DNA of 63,170 bases, counting the filler, from Octopus bimaculoides (taxonomy: Eukaryota): the NCBI RefSeq assembly GCF_001194135.2. It is 7 parts of 7 records of this genome, joined end to end, with 100 filler letters (N's around TTAATTAATTAA, not from the genome) between each part and the next. Parts side by side here need not be neighbours in the genome. Positions count along the whole stretch, not along the records: positions 1 to 11,136 come from NC_068986.1; positions 11,237 to 26,716 come from NC_068985.1; 5 more parts are not named here. One strand, given 5' to 3'. The position numbers were made by a program, and so were the translations under genes. The notes below the pieces were generated by a model. The model ran no database searches. It had not been told where the DNA came from and saw only the letters and a list, made by a program, of their open reading frames with translations. Within the stretch, counting starts at the first letter, position 1, and each line of letters starts with the position of its first letter. Of this stretch, positions 1-12,610 are shown in pieces.

Positions 1-36
<36 letters not shown>

Positions 37-1414
37 CTTATTGCATACTGCACTTCGCCATTCCCTCTTTTCTTTTATATGTATGTACACTCCAACATCT
101 TTCTTCATAACATTTTGTCTGAAATTATTTGTTTTTCATGAGTATAGTCTCACTGACCTACATAAAAATCAATTCTATGAACATTATGAAGGCGGTGTTA
201 CGATAGAAAAGATATTCCGATGGACAATATGTAACACATTTGGAAAAAAAATGGACAAAATGTTGGCGTTGGAAAGAAAAATTCGGTAGGACAACGGCAT
301 AAATAGTGGCACTGGAGAAACAGAATAATTGAGGGTCGAGCAAAATTAATTGCTCTCTGTTTAATTACCCGCTTTACAATCTGAGTTCAAAATCTCACAA
401 AGATTTTTGACTTGCATTATTCCATGATCGATGACCGGTCAAGTGTTTGATCTACATCTACGCTGCAAATGTGATAGGAGGGAGGGGGCTCCTTCTGTGC
501 TACCAAAAAGAAAAAAAAATGTTCCGTGTAAAGGAGCAGTGAATTGGCAATATCATTAGGGCATCGGACAAAAATGCATTGCGTTATTTGCTCCGGCTTT
601 ATACGTTTTGAGTTCAAATCTTGTCAAGATTAATTTTGCCTTTCATTTTCCCGAGTTCAAATATCAGCGTCGATATTACTCAACTATTCACCAGTTTCCA
701 AAATTGTAGGTTTTATGCCTTGCCTATATCGGAAATCGGTACTGTTCTGCAGAACAGGACGAAATAAATCAAACCTTCTTTCCTAGACACAGGAATGAAC
801 ATGGCCATTACACAATTTCACAAATTAACTTGTTATTGCTATCAGTATATGAAACAATCTATATTACTATATTCTGCTGCCTGCTGCTCCCGTGTTTATT
901 AATGTATTACGCTATTCAAATAATAATACAGCCACATCAAACGACAGTTATAATCTTTCCAGTTGGCATTCTCCTAGTTTTATCAGGAAATGGTATTATG
1001 AATTTTACAGGAAATTAAAATATTAATTTCCACATTAAGTACAAGGGTATACATTTCTGAGAGTAGAGATACAGTTGATTATATTACGATTACCCCAACA
1101 ATTCATCTCAACTCCTGATCGTTACTACATGAACCATGCGAAGATCCACGGAGTAGTGATGAGGATGTTAGACTCACAATGGTTAGGTTGTTGGTTCGGT
1201 TCTCAGACCAGGCGCGTTTTTGTCTTTGAGTAAAGTCCTTGATTTCACATAGCTTCAGTCCACTAGAATAAAAATGAACATTAGCGTGGTAGGATTCACC
1301 CTGCTGAGTTGAGATTAAGCTTGCAATGGATTGTGATCCAGTTTAGCAAGACGTACCAGTTTCCACCTCAGAAACGGGAATAGGCTCGAGACAGACTTTA
1401 GCGTTATATGAGCC

Positions 1415-1558
1415 TTCGAGGTAAGTAGCTTGCTTACAAACCACATGGTTCCGGGTTCAGTCCCATTGGGCAAGTGTCTTCTACTATCGCCTCGGGCCGA
1501 CCAAAGCCTTGTGAGTGGATTTGGTAGACGAAACTGAAAGAAGCCCGTCGTATATATG

Positions 1559-1597
<39 letters not shown>

Positions 1598-1808
1598 ATG
1601 TGTTTGTGCGTCTGTGTTTGTCCCCCCAACATTGCTTGACAACCGATGCTGGTGTGTTTACGTCCTCGTAACTTAGCGGCTTGGCAAAAGAGAATGATAG
1701 AATAAATACTAGACTTACAAAGAATAAGTCCTGGGGTCGATTTGCTTGTCTAAAGGCGGTGCTCCAGCATGGCCGCAGTCAAATGATTGAAAGAAGTAAA
1801 AGAGTAAC
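1415..1808 (+). mobile_element. tRNA-derived SINE with CORE-like domain (family B)
   Basis: B-box-like GGTTCAGTCCC, gggcaagtgtcttctactat..ccaaagccttgtgagtggatttggtagac, an internal TA/TG tract and a 3' gtaaaagag tail. Near-identical to the copy at 32556-32958. Confidence 0.85.
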
Positions 1809-2225
1809 TCAGTTGTATTGTTTAAATATTAAAAATTGCATCCATCCCTATGCTTTGGACAGTTTCACATGTACGAAATATAGTAACCACACAATACATG
1901 CTGCAGTTCTGGGATGTTATATTACTTACTGGAAGGCGACATTCCTCTAGGCCGACACTCCGAGAGTTCACATCTGGGAAACCCAGTCATAGATCTATGT
2001 ATTTACAAATTGTTCTAGGTGTCTTTCGTTTGCCATTTTCAGATCAGTGAGAAGAAAATCAATTCTATAAATGTTACCCCGACACAGCAAAGCAAACAAG
2101 CTTGCTAGCAATATACTATTGAACATAGCTATAGATTTTTATTATTACCCAACATTATACGTGTAAACGAGATAGAGCAAATATATATATGTTTAATACT
2201 TTCTTTGCAGTTAGTTCAAACACTG

Positions 2226-2418
2226 GCTTCAAATTTTGGTACAAGGCCAGAAATGTCGGTGAAGTGAGTAAGTCGATTACATGGATCTCAGTGCTCGATC
2301 CCGAAAGGATGAAAGGCAAAATTGACCTCGACGGAATTTGAACTCAGGACGTCAAGGCGAACGAAAAGCCGTTAAGCATTTTGCTCGATGTACTAGCGAC
2401 TCTGCCAGCTCGTCACCT
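2226..2418 (-). mobile_element. Family A SINE
   Basis: Reverse of the family A consensus (gagttcaaattcc..tttgcctttcatcctttcggg). Confidence 0.75.
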
Positions 2419-2859
2419 TAGATCTACAGTATAAGAAAATATAGAATTTCACACCGCTGTGATATCTGACTCTTTCGCTGAACGTGTGAGTATGATATGT
2501 GAGTGTGTGTTTGCACGTCCGTATAAGAACATTTGTGTGTTTGTGTGTTAGAGAGAGAGAGAGAGGGGGGAGTATGTGTCTGTGTGTATGAGTCGTTGCG
2601 NNNNNNNNNNNNNNNNNNNNNNNNNNNNNNNNNNNNNNNNNNNNNNNNNNNNNNNNNNNNNNNNNNNNNNNNNNNNNNNNNNNNNNNNNNNNNNNNNNNN
2701 NNNNNNNNNNNNNNNNNNNNNNNNNNNNNNNNNNNNNNNNNNNNNNNNNNNNNNNNNNNNNNNNNNNNNNNNNNNNNNNNNNNNNNNNNNTTTTTTTTTT
2801 TTTTTTTTTTTTCTTCTGAATTCCATTCTTCTTGCAACGATTGTCTTTCGTTTTATGAA

Positions 2860-3382
2860 ATTTGAATAAATTTTACATATTTCAAGCAACTGGAAACAAA
2901 TGAGCATTTTCGACACCTGGTTCTCTTCGCTTTGAAACAGGATTCCAAATCCGCTCAAAGTCACTCAAGACATTTATGTTGTGTACTGAGGAGGCGTTAT
3001 TACTGAAAGAACTACGCAGAAATAGTTTCCACGCTTCAAAGACTCCGGTTCCGGCCTACCTGTATAGTATAATGAGGATCGATTGAATGAGTTCATCGAC
3101 GAGGAGCCACACCAATCCACTAGACAAGTGACCCAGCAGATGGGACACTCTCATGATATCGTCACCCATCAACTTCACTTGATGCGTGAGGTCCAAGACC
3201 TCAGCGCTCTTCTATCACCAGTTTACGTGACACCAGGCTCCTCGATGATACAAGCAGAGAAGTCGTGGACAATGAAGGTGCATACATTATTGACTGATTT
3301 AAAAAAAAAAAAGCTTTTGATGAACAAATAAGGATTACAATAAATGAAAGATAAACGAACGAATTTATCTAACAACCCAATA
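2860..3382 (+). mobile_element. Internally deleted mariner remnant
   Basis: Degenerate N-terminus EHFRHLVLFAL..DIYVVY*GGVITERTTQK*F.RFK..NEDRLNEFIDEEPHQSTRQV joined to the C-terminus EVVDNEGAYIID*. Ends in ..aacaacccaaTA, resembling the mariner TATTGGGTTG TIR. Confidence 0.8.
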
Positions 3383-3437
3383 GATATGTGTTCATGTACC
3401 TAAGTGTAAATGTGTTTGTGTGTGTGAATGCATAAGA

Positions 3438-3495
<58 letters not shown>

Positions 3496-4479
3496 TGTTT
3501 CTTTTTATTATGAGACACGTTTTATTGAGTATCTGATTTTATTGAGTTTGCAATTCTAATACACAAATATATGCTGCAAATAATTTGAAAAATTAAACAA
3601 ACACAATACAGACAAGGTCTAATCCGTATGTTCTATATACATACATAAAAGACTTAACTCTCACTCCCCTTCTTTTTCTCTCTCTCTCTCCCTTCACTCT
3701 TCTCACTCGCTCGCTCATTCACTCGATACATATGATTATTTCAATATTGAATAATGCGTTGGCTTACAATTTATAGATCAATTTGCCCTGCTACACGCTA
3801 ACAACACAGGAGATCGTTATAAAAATTCAGGTCATCTCTTATGAAGTCCGGTATATGCTGGAGAATGGGCTTTAGGAGGACGCCAACAAAGTGACTGAGT
3901 CTGTGTGTGTCACTGGAAGGACCAGCCACAACCGGCCTCAATTTGAGATCTCTCGCAAGTGGAATATTAACGATTACAGAAGTTGATCTGCTACAGGCTT
4001 CATTTATGGCTTCACTTTTGTGGATTTTTGGAAGTCCATAGAAGTTTCTGGTTTTGCAGTCAAATCTAATTAAGTAATCGCATTCCTTTTCCGTTAAATC
4101 CTATTGGAACTGATGGATAAGGGTGGTAAATTTTGCCATTAATTTTGATTCACTGTAGTTGTTGATTCTTTCGAAGTATGTATTGTCTTGGACTTTCAAT
4201 AATGTATATTTGCTATGATCTTCACCGAACATTTACACTTATATTACTATCAATTCCTGTGAAACTCAATCAAAATTTCTGTGAACATATGGATATTTGA
4301 CTGTTTAAACACGTTTTTCTGATTTTTGCCCGGTAACTTTAAACTCTCCTAAGCACTTTATTTATATATTTGTGTCATCGATAAGCAAAACATTGTCGAA
4401 ACCGGTCTGGTATTTGAATAAATCTATTATAAAATTTAAGAACTACTAGACGTTTTGACATACAGGTACATTTTCAAAC

Positions 4480-4655
4480 CCCAGAACTAATTTTCCTACA
4501 GCGGAGTCTCGAGCAATCCAACGCCACAACACTAAAAAGATTGAAACAATGCAGCGGGTGAGCCAAAAGGAGAGGCTGAAAAGACTGCGACTTTACTCCC
4601 TGGGGCGAAGGCGCGACAGATATGTAATAATCTACATATGGAAAACTCTACAAGA
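4480..4655 (+). mobile_element. CR1-clade LINE ORF2 3' fragment
   Basis: AIQRHNTKKIETMQRVSQKERLKRLRLYSLGRRRDRYVIIYIWKTL matches the CR1 ERL..L.L.SLE.RR.R motif. Confidence 0.8.
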
Positions 4656-5198
4656 GCCACTACCTACACATGTGTGTGTGTGTGTATAAATATACATGTG
4701 TGTATGTGTACGTACGTACTATCAGTTATATTAAGTATATAACGCAGTAAGCCTGTATATTTTATTCATTAAGCCGACTTTACCTAATATTAAATTAATA
4801 TCCATGAATATACAAATGACAACAATGATTTTAGTGTTAAACAAGAAAGCGTTGATGGAAAGTCGTTCTAAATCTTTAATAAATTATTGTTTACTTAAAT
4901 ACTTTATATAACTTAATATATGAGAAGATTAAACAAAATTATTAAAGAGTAAATTCAAAATATACCAAGCATTGATATATTATATAGATCTATAACTGTG
5001 AGTTTTTGGGTTATAAGTTTTCTTTTACGTGTTTAATTCAGTGGATTCTGGCCATGCTAAGGCACCACCACGAAGGGTTTTAGTCTAATAAATCGGCCCC
5101 AGTACTTCTTTTTTAAAGTTTCATTTTTTTAATTATTTATCGATTACCTGTATGTAAAGAAAGCAACATCTGTTAACGAGCAGTGCGGAAACAAAGAA

Positions 5199-5232
<34 letters not shown>

Positions 5233-5324
5233 ACATACACACACACATATATATGTATGTATATATTTATATACTCACAAACTACGGAAATTTTCTTTAT
5301 TTCTTTATCGATTTACTCTAAGCA

Positions 5325-6004
5325 ATGTGGAGGCGCAATGGCCCAGTGGTTAGGGCAGCGGACTCGCGGTCATAGGATCGCGGTTTCGATTCCCAGACCG
5401 GGCGTTGTGAGTGTTTATTGAGTGAAAACACCTAAAGCTCCACGAGGCTCCGACAGGGGATGGTGGCAAACCCTGCTGTACTCTTCCACCACAACTTTCT
5501 CTCACTCTTTCTTCCTGTTTCTGTTGTACCTGTATTTCGCTGAATATCCCCGAGAGCTATGTTAAGGGTACACGTGTCTGTGGCGTGCTCAGCCACTTGC
5601 ACGTTAATTTCACGATTGATTGGATCAACTGGAATCCTCGACGTCGTAAGCGACGGAGTNNNNNNNNNNCAGTGGTTAGGGCAGCGGACTCGCGGTCATA
5701 GGATCGCGGTTTCGATTCCCAGACCGGGCGTTGTGAGTGTTTATTGAGTGAAAACACCTAAAGCTCCACGAGGCTCCGACAGGGGATGGTGGCAAACCCT
5801 GCTGTACTCTTCCACCACAACTTTCTCTCACTCTTTCTTCCTGTTTCTGTTGTACCTGTATTTCGCTGAATATCCCCGAGAGCTATGTTAAGGGTACACG
5901 TGTCTGTGGCGTGCTCAGCCACTTGCACGTTAATTTCACGATTGATTGGATCAACTGGAATCCTCGACGTCGTAAGCGACGGAGTGCCAACAACAACAAC
6001 AACA
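5325..6004 (+). mobile_element. tRNA-derived SINE (family C) with 10-bp TSD, assembled as an apparent duplicate across a 10-N gap
   Basis: A box TGGCCCAGTGG (5339), B box GTTTCGATTCC (5383) and a (CAA)n tail. ACTCTAAGCA flanks both sides (5315-5324 and 6005-6014). Confidence 0.9.
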
Positions 6005-6059
6005 ACTCTAAGCATATCACAAGATATGAATTAACCCTTTTCTAGGGTAATTTTAGATA

Positions 6060-6260
6060 AGTGCTGGCGGAATCGTTAGCACTTCGGGCAAAATGTAAAG
6101 CGAAATTTCGTCCATCTTCCCGTTCTGAGTTCAAATTCCACCAAAGTCGACTTCGCCTTTCATACATTTCGGGGTTGATAAAGTAAGTACCAGTTGAGTA
6201 GTGGAATCGATTTAATCACTCTCTCCAAATTGCTGTCCTTCTGCTAAAATTTGAAACCAT
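6060..6260 (+). mobile_element. Family A SINE
   Basis: ttctgagttcaaattccaccaaagtcgacttcgcctttcat..ggggttgataaagtaagtaccag. Confidence 0.8.
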
Positions 6261-6879
6261 ATTTGTCTTAAATTACTCATTATTTTCATGTTATCTTCTT
6301 TTATCAGTTTGAAACTATACTCTAATAAATTTAATTATAAATGTTATATTGTAGTTTTAGGGAAGTTATTTACATGAACTCATTCGTTGGAGAAACAATA
6401 GGTGCTATTTCACCTTTCGCACCTCAGGCTCGAAAACAGGAGCGCTTCCCGTATTAACTTCTGTATTTTCTTTCATGAATTTCCCATACGTTCAATCGAT
6501 GTTAAAGCAACGCACAAAAGTTGTGCCCTATTTTCAACATCGAGTGACTGATTTCAACAACGATCCTTTGTTTTGTTTTTTTTTAGCTGGTGCAAAGATA
6601 AAATAGCGCCGAAAGAAAGTTTCAGACACAGCAAAAAAATAAAATGAGATAATAATTCGATGATTTTTTTTATTAGTTGCCAATAACGTATATTCTTTTT
6701 AATTTTATAATTATGGAACGAAAATTGTTTAATTTTTTTTTTTATCATCACTAGCAACGCTAACTCAAACCATAAAACTAAATTATATCCTTTACATCCT
6801 TTATAATTAAATTCAATAAAATACAGTTTTAAATGGTTAAGTTTACTTTCATTGCTTTTTCTTCAATAAGTTAGTACCA

Positions 6880-7075
6880 GCAATACCAGCTTAGTGCTTA
6901 AAGTATTGAGCTCAAAGTCGTGAGTTCAAATCCCGGCGACGCGTTGTGTCCTTGAGCAAGACACTTTATTTCTCATTGCTCCAGTCCACTCAGTTGGCAA
7001 AAATTAGTGGTACCTGCAATGCAAAGGGCCAGCCCTGTCACGTTCTGTGTCACCCTGAATCTCCCTGAGAACTAA
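6880..7075 (+). mobile_element. Related tRNA SINE with a different head and a shared 3' body
   Basis: gagttcaaatcc B box, gtgtccttgagcaagacactt block, then gtacctg..ctgaatctccctgagaacta as in family C. Confidence 0.65.
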
Positions 7076-7119
7076 AAACCCAAGGCAGTGAGGCTAGCAT
7101 TATTTTTCATCCTGTATCT

Positions 7120-7707
7120 GAGGCGACGAGCTAGCAGAAACGTTAGCGCGAAACGTTAGAAACGAAATGCTTAGCGGTATTTCGTCTGCCGTCACGTTCT
7201 GAGTTCAAATTCCGCCGAGGTCGACTTTGCCTTTCATCCTTTCAGGGTCGATAAACTAAGTACCAGCTGCGTACTGGAGTCGATCTAATCGACTGGCTCC
7301 CTCCNNNNNNNNNNAAACGAAATGCTTAGCGGTATTTCGTCTGCCGTCACGTTCTGAGTTCAAATTCCGCCGAGGTCGACTTTGCCTTTCATCCTTTCGA
7401 GGTCGATTAAATAAGTACCAGTTACGCATTGGGGTCGATGTAATCGACGTAATCCCTTTGTCTGTCCTTGTTTGTCTTCTCTAAGTTTAGCCCTCTGTAG
7501 GCAATAAAGAAATAAGAAACGCTAGCACTCCGCTTAGCGGTATTTCGTCTGTCTTTACGTTCTGAGTTCAAATTCCGCCGAGGTCGACTTTGCCTTTCAT
7601 CCTTTCAGGGTCGATAAACTAAGTACCAGCTGCGTACTGGAGTCGATCTAATCGACTGGCTCCCTCCCCCAAAATTTCGGGCCTTGTGTCTAGAGTAGAA
7701 AATATGA
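7120..7707 (+). mobile_element. Cluster of 3 nested/tandem family A SINE copies, partly duplicated across a 10-N gap
   Basis: gttctgagttcaaattccgccgaggtcgactttgcctttcatcctttc recurs at about 7197, 7351 and 7560, with two different 3' tails. Confidence 0.88.
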
Positions 7708-9835
7708 TTTTTATCCTGTCTCTATTTCCCTCGGTTCTGTCCGATATTGCCAAATACCGACTCTTGTAATGATCTATATTACATTCTAATTTGTCATACC
7801 TTCTGTTTTGTAGTTTTCAATTTCCTTTTTCTTTTTACATGCATTTTATTTTATTTGCTTTTTCCTTCAGCCGATGAGCAACTCTTCATCAATAGTATTT
7901 ATATTTCTACCTTTGTATAGTGCTTATTACTTTTGTTATCAGTGTATTTTCCCTCCTCCTGCTCTCTACTTCATTCGTAACATTTTTAACAACTCGCCTC
8001 ATTATTCTTAAACGCTTTATTAATGCTGTTGCAGTTATTTAATTATAGTTTTCTATTCCTACGACTCTTCTCATCTTGTATGTGTGTACGCCCGTATTTG
8101 TGTGTGCGTGCCCGTGTGTGTGTGTGGGTCTAGTAAACACTTTATGGATGTGATATTTTAATTAATTTATAAGTATCTTAGATTTTGTATTCATGTTTCT
8201 TATCTCACTTAATTTCCACCAGGTTATAGGGAATTTCTGCATAATTACCGAGAAAGATAATGAGTTTATGCTAATTGTTTTGTTTTTATTCTTTTAGCTC
8301 TTTCTGTTCCTAATACTAATCAGATTCACCAATCATATCAACTTGTTATTTTTACTTCTGCAACTGTAAAATTTACATATCATCTGCTTCATTTATTCCG
8401 AATTTCTGTTTCTTGCACGGAACTCTAGACTCCACCTCACTTGCAGATGTAATGCTAGGAAAATCGATGAGTAACTTATACAGTATTGTACTCTGATTGG
8501 CGCGCAAAAATATAAATGCTTAGAGAATAAATAAACACTTTGATATAATAAGGTCACAATAAGATCGAAACATGTCAGATGTTGTCTATTATTCACGCAA
8601 TTAGTAAAATAATATTAACGATTTATTAATATTCTCTTTTCTTTAGCTCATGATTTCTAATTAGCTTGTAGTACTCCCTTCATTAAATATGCTAAAATAT
8701 TGTTCTTCGTGTCGATAGTGTATCTGCTTTTTAATTCTCTGAACAATTATATTTTCTTTGGTCAATTATGCGCCGATTTTTATTGATTATTTCATCCCCT
8801 ACTTTGGCATAAACAGTGATGATTTTTAATCGCTGATGAGGTTATAATAAATTTGAAACGAATCTGAAGTTGTCTCCCATATTTGTGGAAACAAAATAGT
8901 ATAGGCTATTGACTAACAATTTTTCCTTACAACATATTGATTTCCAGTTATATAGGAAATGTTTCAAGCATTAAATACGTTAAGACTTATTAGTTTTAGC
9001 CCTTCCCCGTGCTGTAGGAAACACTAACAAGAGTCTTGTTTATAACTGTGAGATATCTCAACAAGTTTTATTTTCTGTCGACTTCAGGACCTTTCTTCTT
9101 TTTACTTGCGTAAATAATATGGTCCTTATCTCGGTAGATATACTCCAACGGTCTTGATCTTGAAGTTATATTTATGCTGAATCGCCATTGTTATTCGTAA
9201 AGGTTGATTTTTTTTTCTTTTTTGTTACTAGCAGATTACCACAATATTTCTCTATTTCTAGTTTTCGTAGTGATTCTCTTTTATCTTAGTATTTGACTTA
9301 TTTAATCTTCTATCAAATGTTTTAAGGCTTCATTCATAGAATTCAACATTTACGTTTCTCAAATGTCCTAATACGTTGTGTTTTGTTGAGATTTTCTCCC
9401 TCCTTCTCTTTCTTAATTCTACGACTTCCACTTTTCGTTTGATGTAGCATTTCCATAATATTTATCATACGTTTTAAGTGTTTTTTTAACATGTGAGATC
9501 GATCTATCTTTTTCCCTCAGTAGGCTTCTCTTCATATATTCGCTTTGTCAGTGTATGTTATATTTCTTCATGCAGCTGTTACGGATAAGAAGTGAGCGTA
9601 CACTTGTTTTCTCAGCAGTATAAACACATCCCAGAATAAGACATTTCATTGCGATTAAAGAATAAACCACGTTGTGTAAATACAAAATCAAAAGAATTTT
9701 CAAAGTTAAAGGATAAGCTTCACAGATAAGAGCTTCAAATTACAAACGTATTAACAATAAAATAATTCTTTAAACAATCAACATGACGTCCGGAAATACA
9801 AACCTAAACACAATAAGCCAAACTCACAATATATT

Positions 9836-10040
9836 CTTTTCTATTCTAGGCACAAGGCCCGAAATTTTGTGGGAGGGGGCTAGTCGATTAGATCATCCCC
9901 AGTACGCAGCTGGTACTTAATTTATCGACCCCGAAAGGATGAAAGGCAAAGTCGGAATTTGAACTCAGAACATAGAGACTGAAGAAATACCGTTTGGTAT
10001 TTCGCCCGGCGTGCTAACGTTTCTGACAGCTTGCCGCCTT
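9836..10040 (-). mobile_element. Family A SINE with 15-bp TSD
   Basis: Full consensus on the minus strand. AACTCACAATATATT at 9821-9835 and 10041-10055. Confidence 0.92.
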
Positions 10041-10802
10041 AACTCACAATATATTTAAGCTCTCGTTGTTCCAGCCTTGCTCTATAATGAGGAACATGGA
10101 TCCTGTAAAGTTGAAAGATCGAGAAGCTTGAGTGCTTTCACCAGTAGAAGCTTCGTTCAATTATTCATAACAAACAGGGGAACTACTTCAAAAATCTTGC
10201 AATTCTTAAGACAGCTCAAATCAACTGCATTGAAGTTAACATCATCAAGAATCGGTTCAGATACAGGTTATGTACGTGTATGAGTAACATTAGGCTTACT
10301 TTACAGAGAACTGAACATTGGCAGGAAAAAAGTAAATAACAAAACTACGAATGCCCTACAATGATCAGATCAAATTGACGTTCGAGATCTTGAAAACATG
10401 GGAAGGATAAGCAGCAGATTGCAAACTCTGCCATCGAACCATCTCGAATGCCACAATATCGTGGAAATGGAGAGAACAAACGACAAAACACGAAAAATCC
10501 TCAAATGTAGCACACGGTCTCTTTCGTCTGTTAAGAGTAAATTATGCAGATGCATGTCTGACACATGGCTCCGTTTCCTAAAATCTGTAATAGCAGTGAG
10601 AAAAAAAAAAGAAAAAAGAAAATAAAAAATTAAGAATAGCTGACACCGGTCTGTGTGTGTGTAATTATTTAAAACAATATGGCTTGGAAACAATATGGCT
10701 CGTCAGAGGAACGTAGCTCATTGAGTTCAAGCGGCCTAAGTCCTACGAAATTTTTTCTATGCGACTGAATCAATTTTAAATTATAATAAATCTAACACTT
10801 TT

Positions 10803-11020
10803 GGGCGGTGTGTTGGCAAAATCTTTAGCGTGTTGAAAAAAAAACGCTTGGCGACATTTCGTCCGTTTTTATATTCTGAGTTCAAAATTTCGCCAAGGTC
10901 GGCTTTGCCTTTGATCCTTTCGGGGTCGATAAAATAAGTACCAGTTGAGCACTGAGGTCGATCTAATTCACTCATTCCCTCCCTCAGAAATTGCTGACCT
11001 TGTGTCAAATTTTGAAACCG
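10803..11020 (+). mobile_element. Family A SINE
   Basis: ttctgagttcaaaatttcgccaaggtcggctttgcctttgatcctttcggggtcgataaaataagtaccag. Confidence 0.85.
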
Positions 11021-11082
11021 ATATATATATAACTCTTACTAAATGTTTTGAGTACCGTTTTCTTTCGTTTCCCACACACTTG

Positions 11083-11136
<54 letters not shown>

Positions 11137-12134
11137 NNNNNNNNNNNNNNNNNNNNNNNNNNNNNNNNNNNNNNNNNNNNTTAATTAATTAANNNNNNNN
11201 NNNNNNNNNNNNNNNNNNNNNNNNNNNNNNNNNNNNTATATATATAACGTACAGAAATAGCACTACTTGGCACTGCACACTTCCTACCTAAAACATTTTC
11301 CATATAGTAAAAATAAGAGCACCACACTAAACCACAGCAGTCCACGCCCTCAAAATGCTATCAATTCCAAAATTTGAAATTGTTCTATAATCATTTTTCT
11401 TCCTCACATTCGTTTTAGTCTCTGTCATTCTTTCTCTCCTACAACAAGCGAGCGAATAGCGTCCCTTTACTCACCGCCTGTCTGATTGTCGCTCATGCCA
11501 CATCTTTTCTGTTAAGACATTGTGTATCTCTTTTTTTTTTGGTTAGGCGGGGTAAAATGTAACTGGAGAATCATACATTCAATACACATATTAGCTATTT
11601 TCATATATCTGCCCAGTGAAGATTGTTCCATGTGTGAGTTCAAATTTGTAAGCCTAAGTCTAAATTAATATTTTCAGGCCTCGTAAAGTATAAATAATTT
11701 CATCAAATGACAAATAAGCGAAAACTCTTACATCGCAGCTCTTCCTCATAGCATCACGCAATCTCTTCTCACCTTTTGGGTATTTTATGTATTACTGGAA
11801 ATTATTAGATTCCATAATTTTAAATTATTTCTTCCAATGCTTTTCATTAATTAATTTATCGTATGTTTATCGAAATCTAACATGGTTTTCCTAAATTATA
11901 ATCCACTAAGCTAGTTAAGTTGATTAAGTATTAATTAGAAATCAGCATACATGAAAAATTAAAACGTGTTCTATAATTTAATATAATGACATACCTGAAT
12001 TCATTAGCGCAACATATTTAACAAAATTTTGTTTCAGCGTATGTTATGAGTTTATTAATATTTCATTATTTACTTTTTGCAGAGAAAAAAAACTGTGTGT
12101 AACTATACACAGACATACATACAGACAGACAGAC

Positions 12135-12167
<33 letters not shown>

Positions 12168-12578
12168 NNNNNNNNNNNNNNNNNNNNNNNNNNNNNNNNN
12201 NNNNNNNNNNNNNNNNNNNNNNNNNNNNNNNNNNNNNNNNNNNNNNNNNNNNNNNNNNNNNNNNNNNNNNNNNNNNNNNNNNNNNNNNNNNNNNNNNNNN
12301 NNNNNNNNNNNNNNNNNNNNNNNNNNNNNNNNNNNNNNNNNNNNNNNNNNNNNNNNNNNNNNNNNNNNNNNNNNNNNNNNNNNNNNNNNNNNNNNNNNNN
12401 NNNNNNNNNNNNNNNNNNNNNNNNNNNNNNNNNNNNNNNNNNNNNNNNNNNATATATATATATATATATATATATGAATATATAAAAAATATATAAAAAT
12501 ATATAAGAATATATATGCCTATGTGGGTGGGTTTGGTTATAGGTGTATATGTGTATACATCTATATATGTGTATAATT

Positions 12579-12610
<32 letters not shown>

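Noticed and set aside
5329-5400. tRNA-like A/B boxes here and at SINE heads elsewhere
   Set aside because: They continue into SINE bodies with tails and TSDs and form no complete cloverleaf, so they are not tRNA genes.
5344-5985. Apparent tandem dimer of the family C SINE
   Set aside because: The copies look identical, flank a 10-N gap and sit inside a single TSD pair: overlapping contig ends.
7120-7707. Repeated units that could be taken for a CRISPR array
   Set aside because: Long SINE copies with no repeat-spacer periodicity and no cas genes, in a eukaryotic context.
7865-7895. CCGATGA..TCATCAA short inverted repeat
   Set aside because: Lacks the GAAA half of a hammerhead; short enough to be chance.
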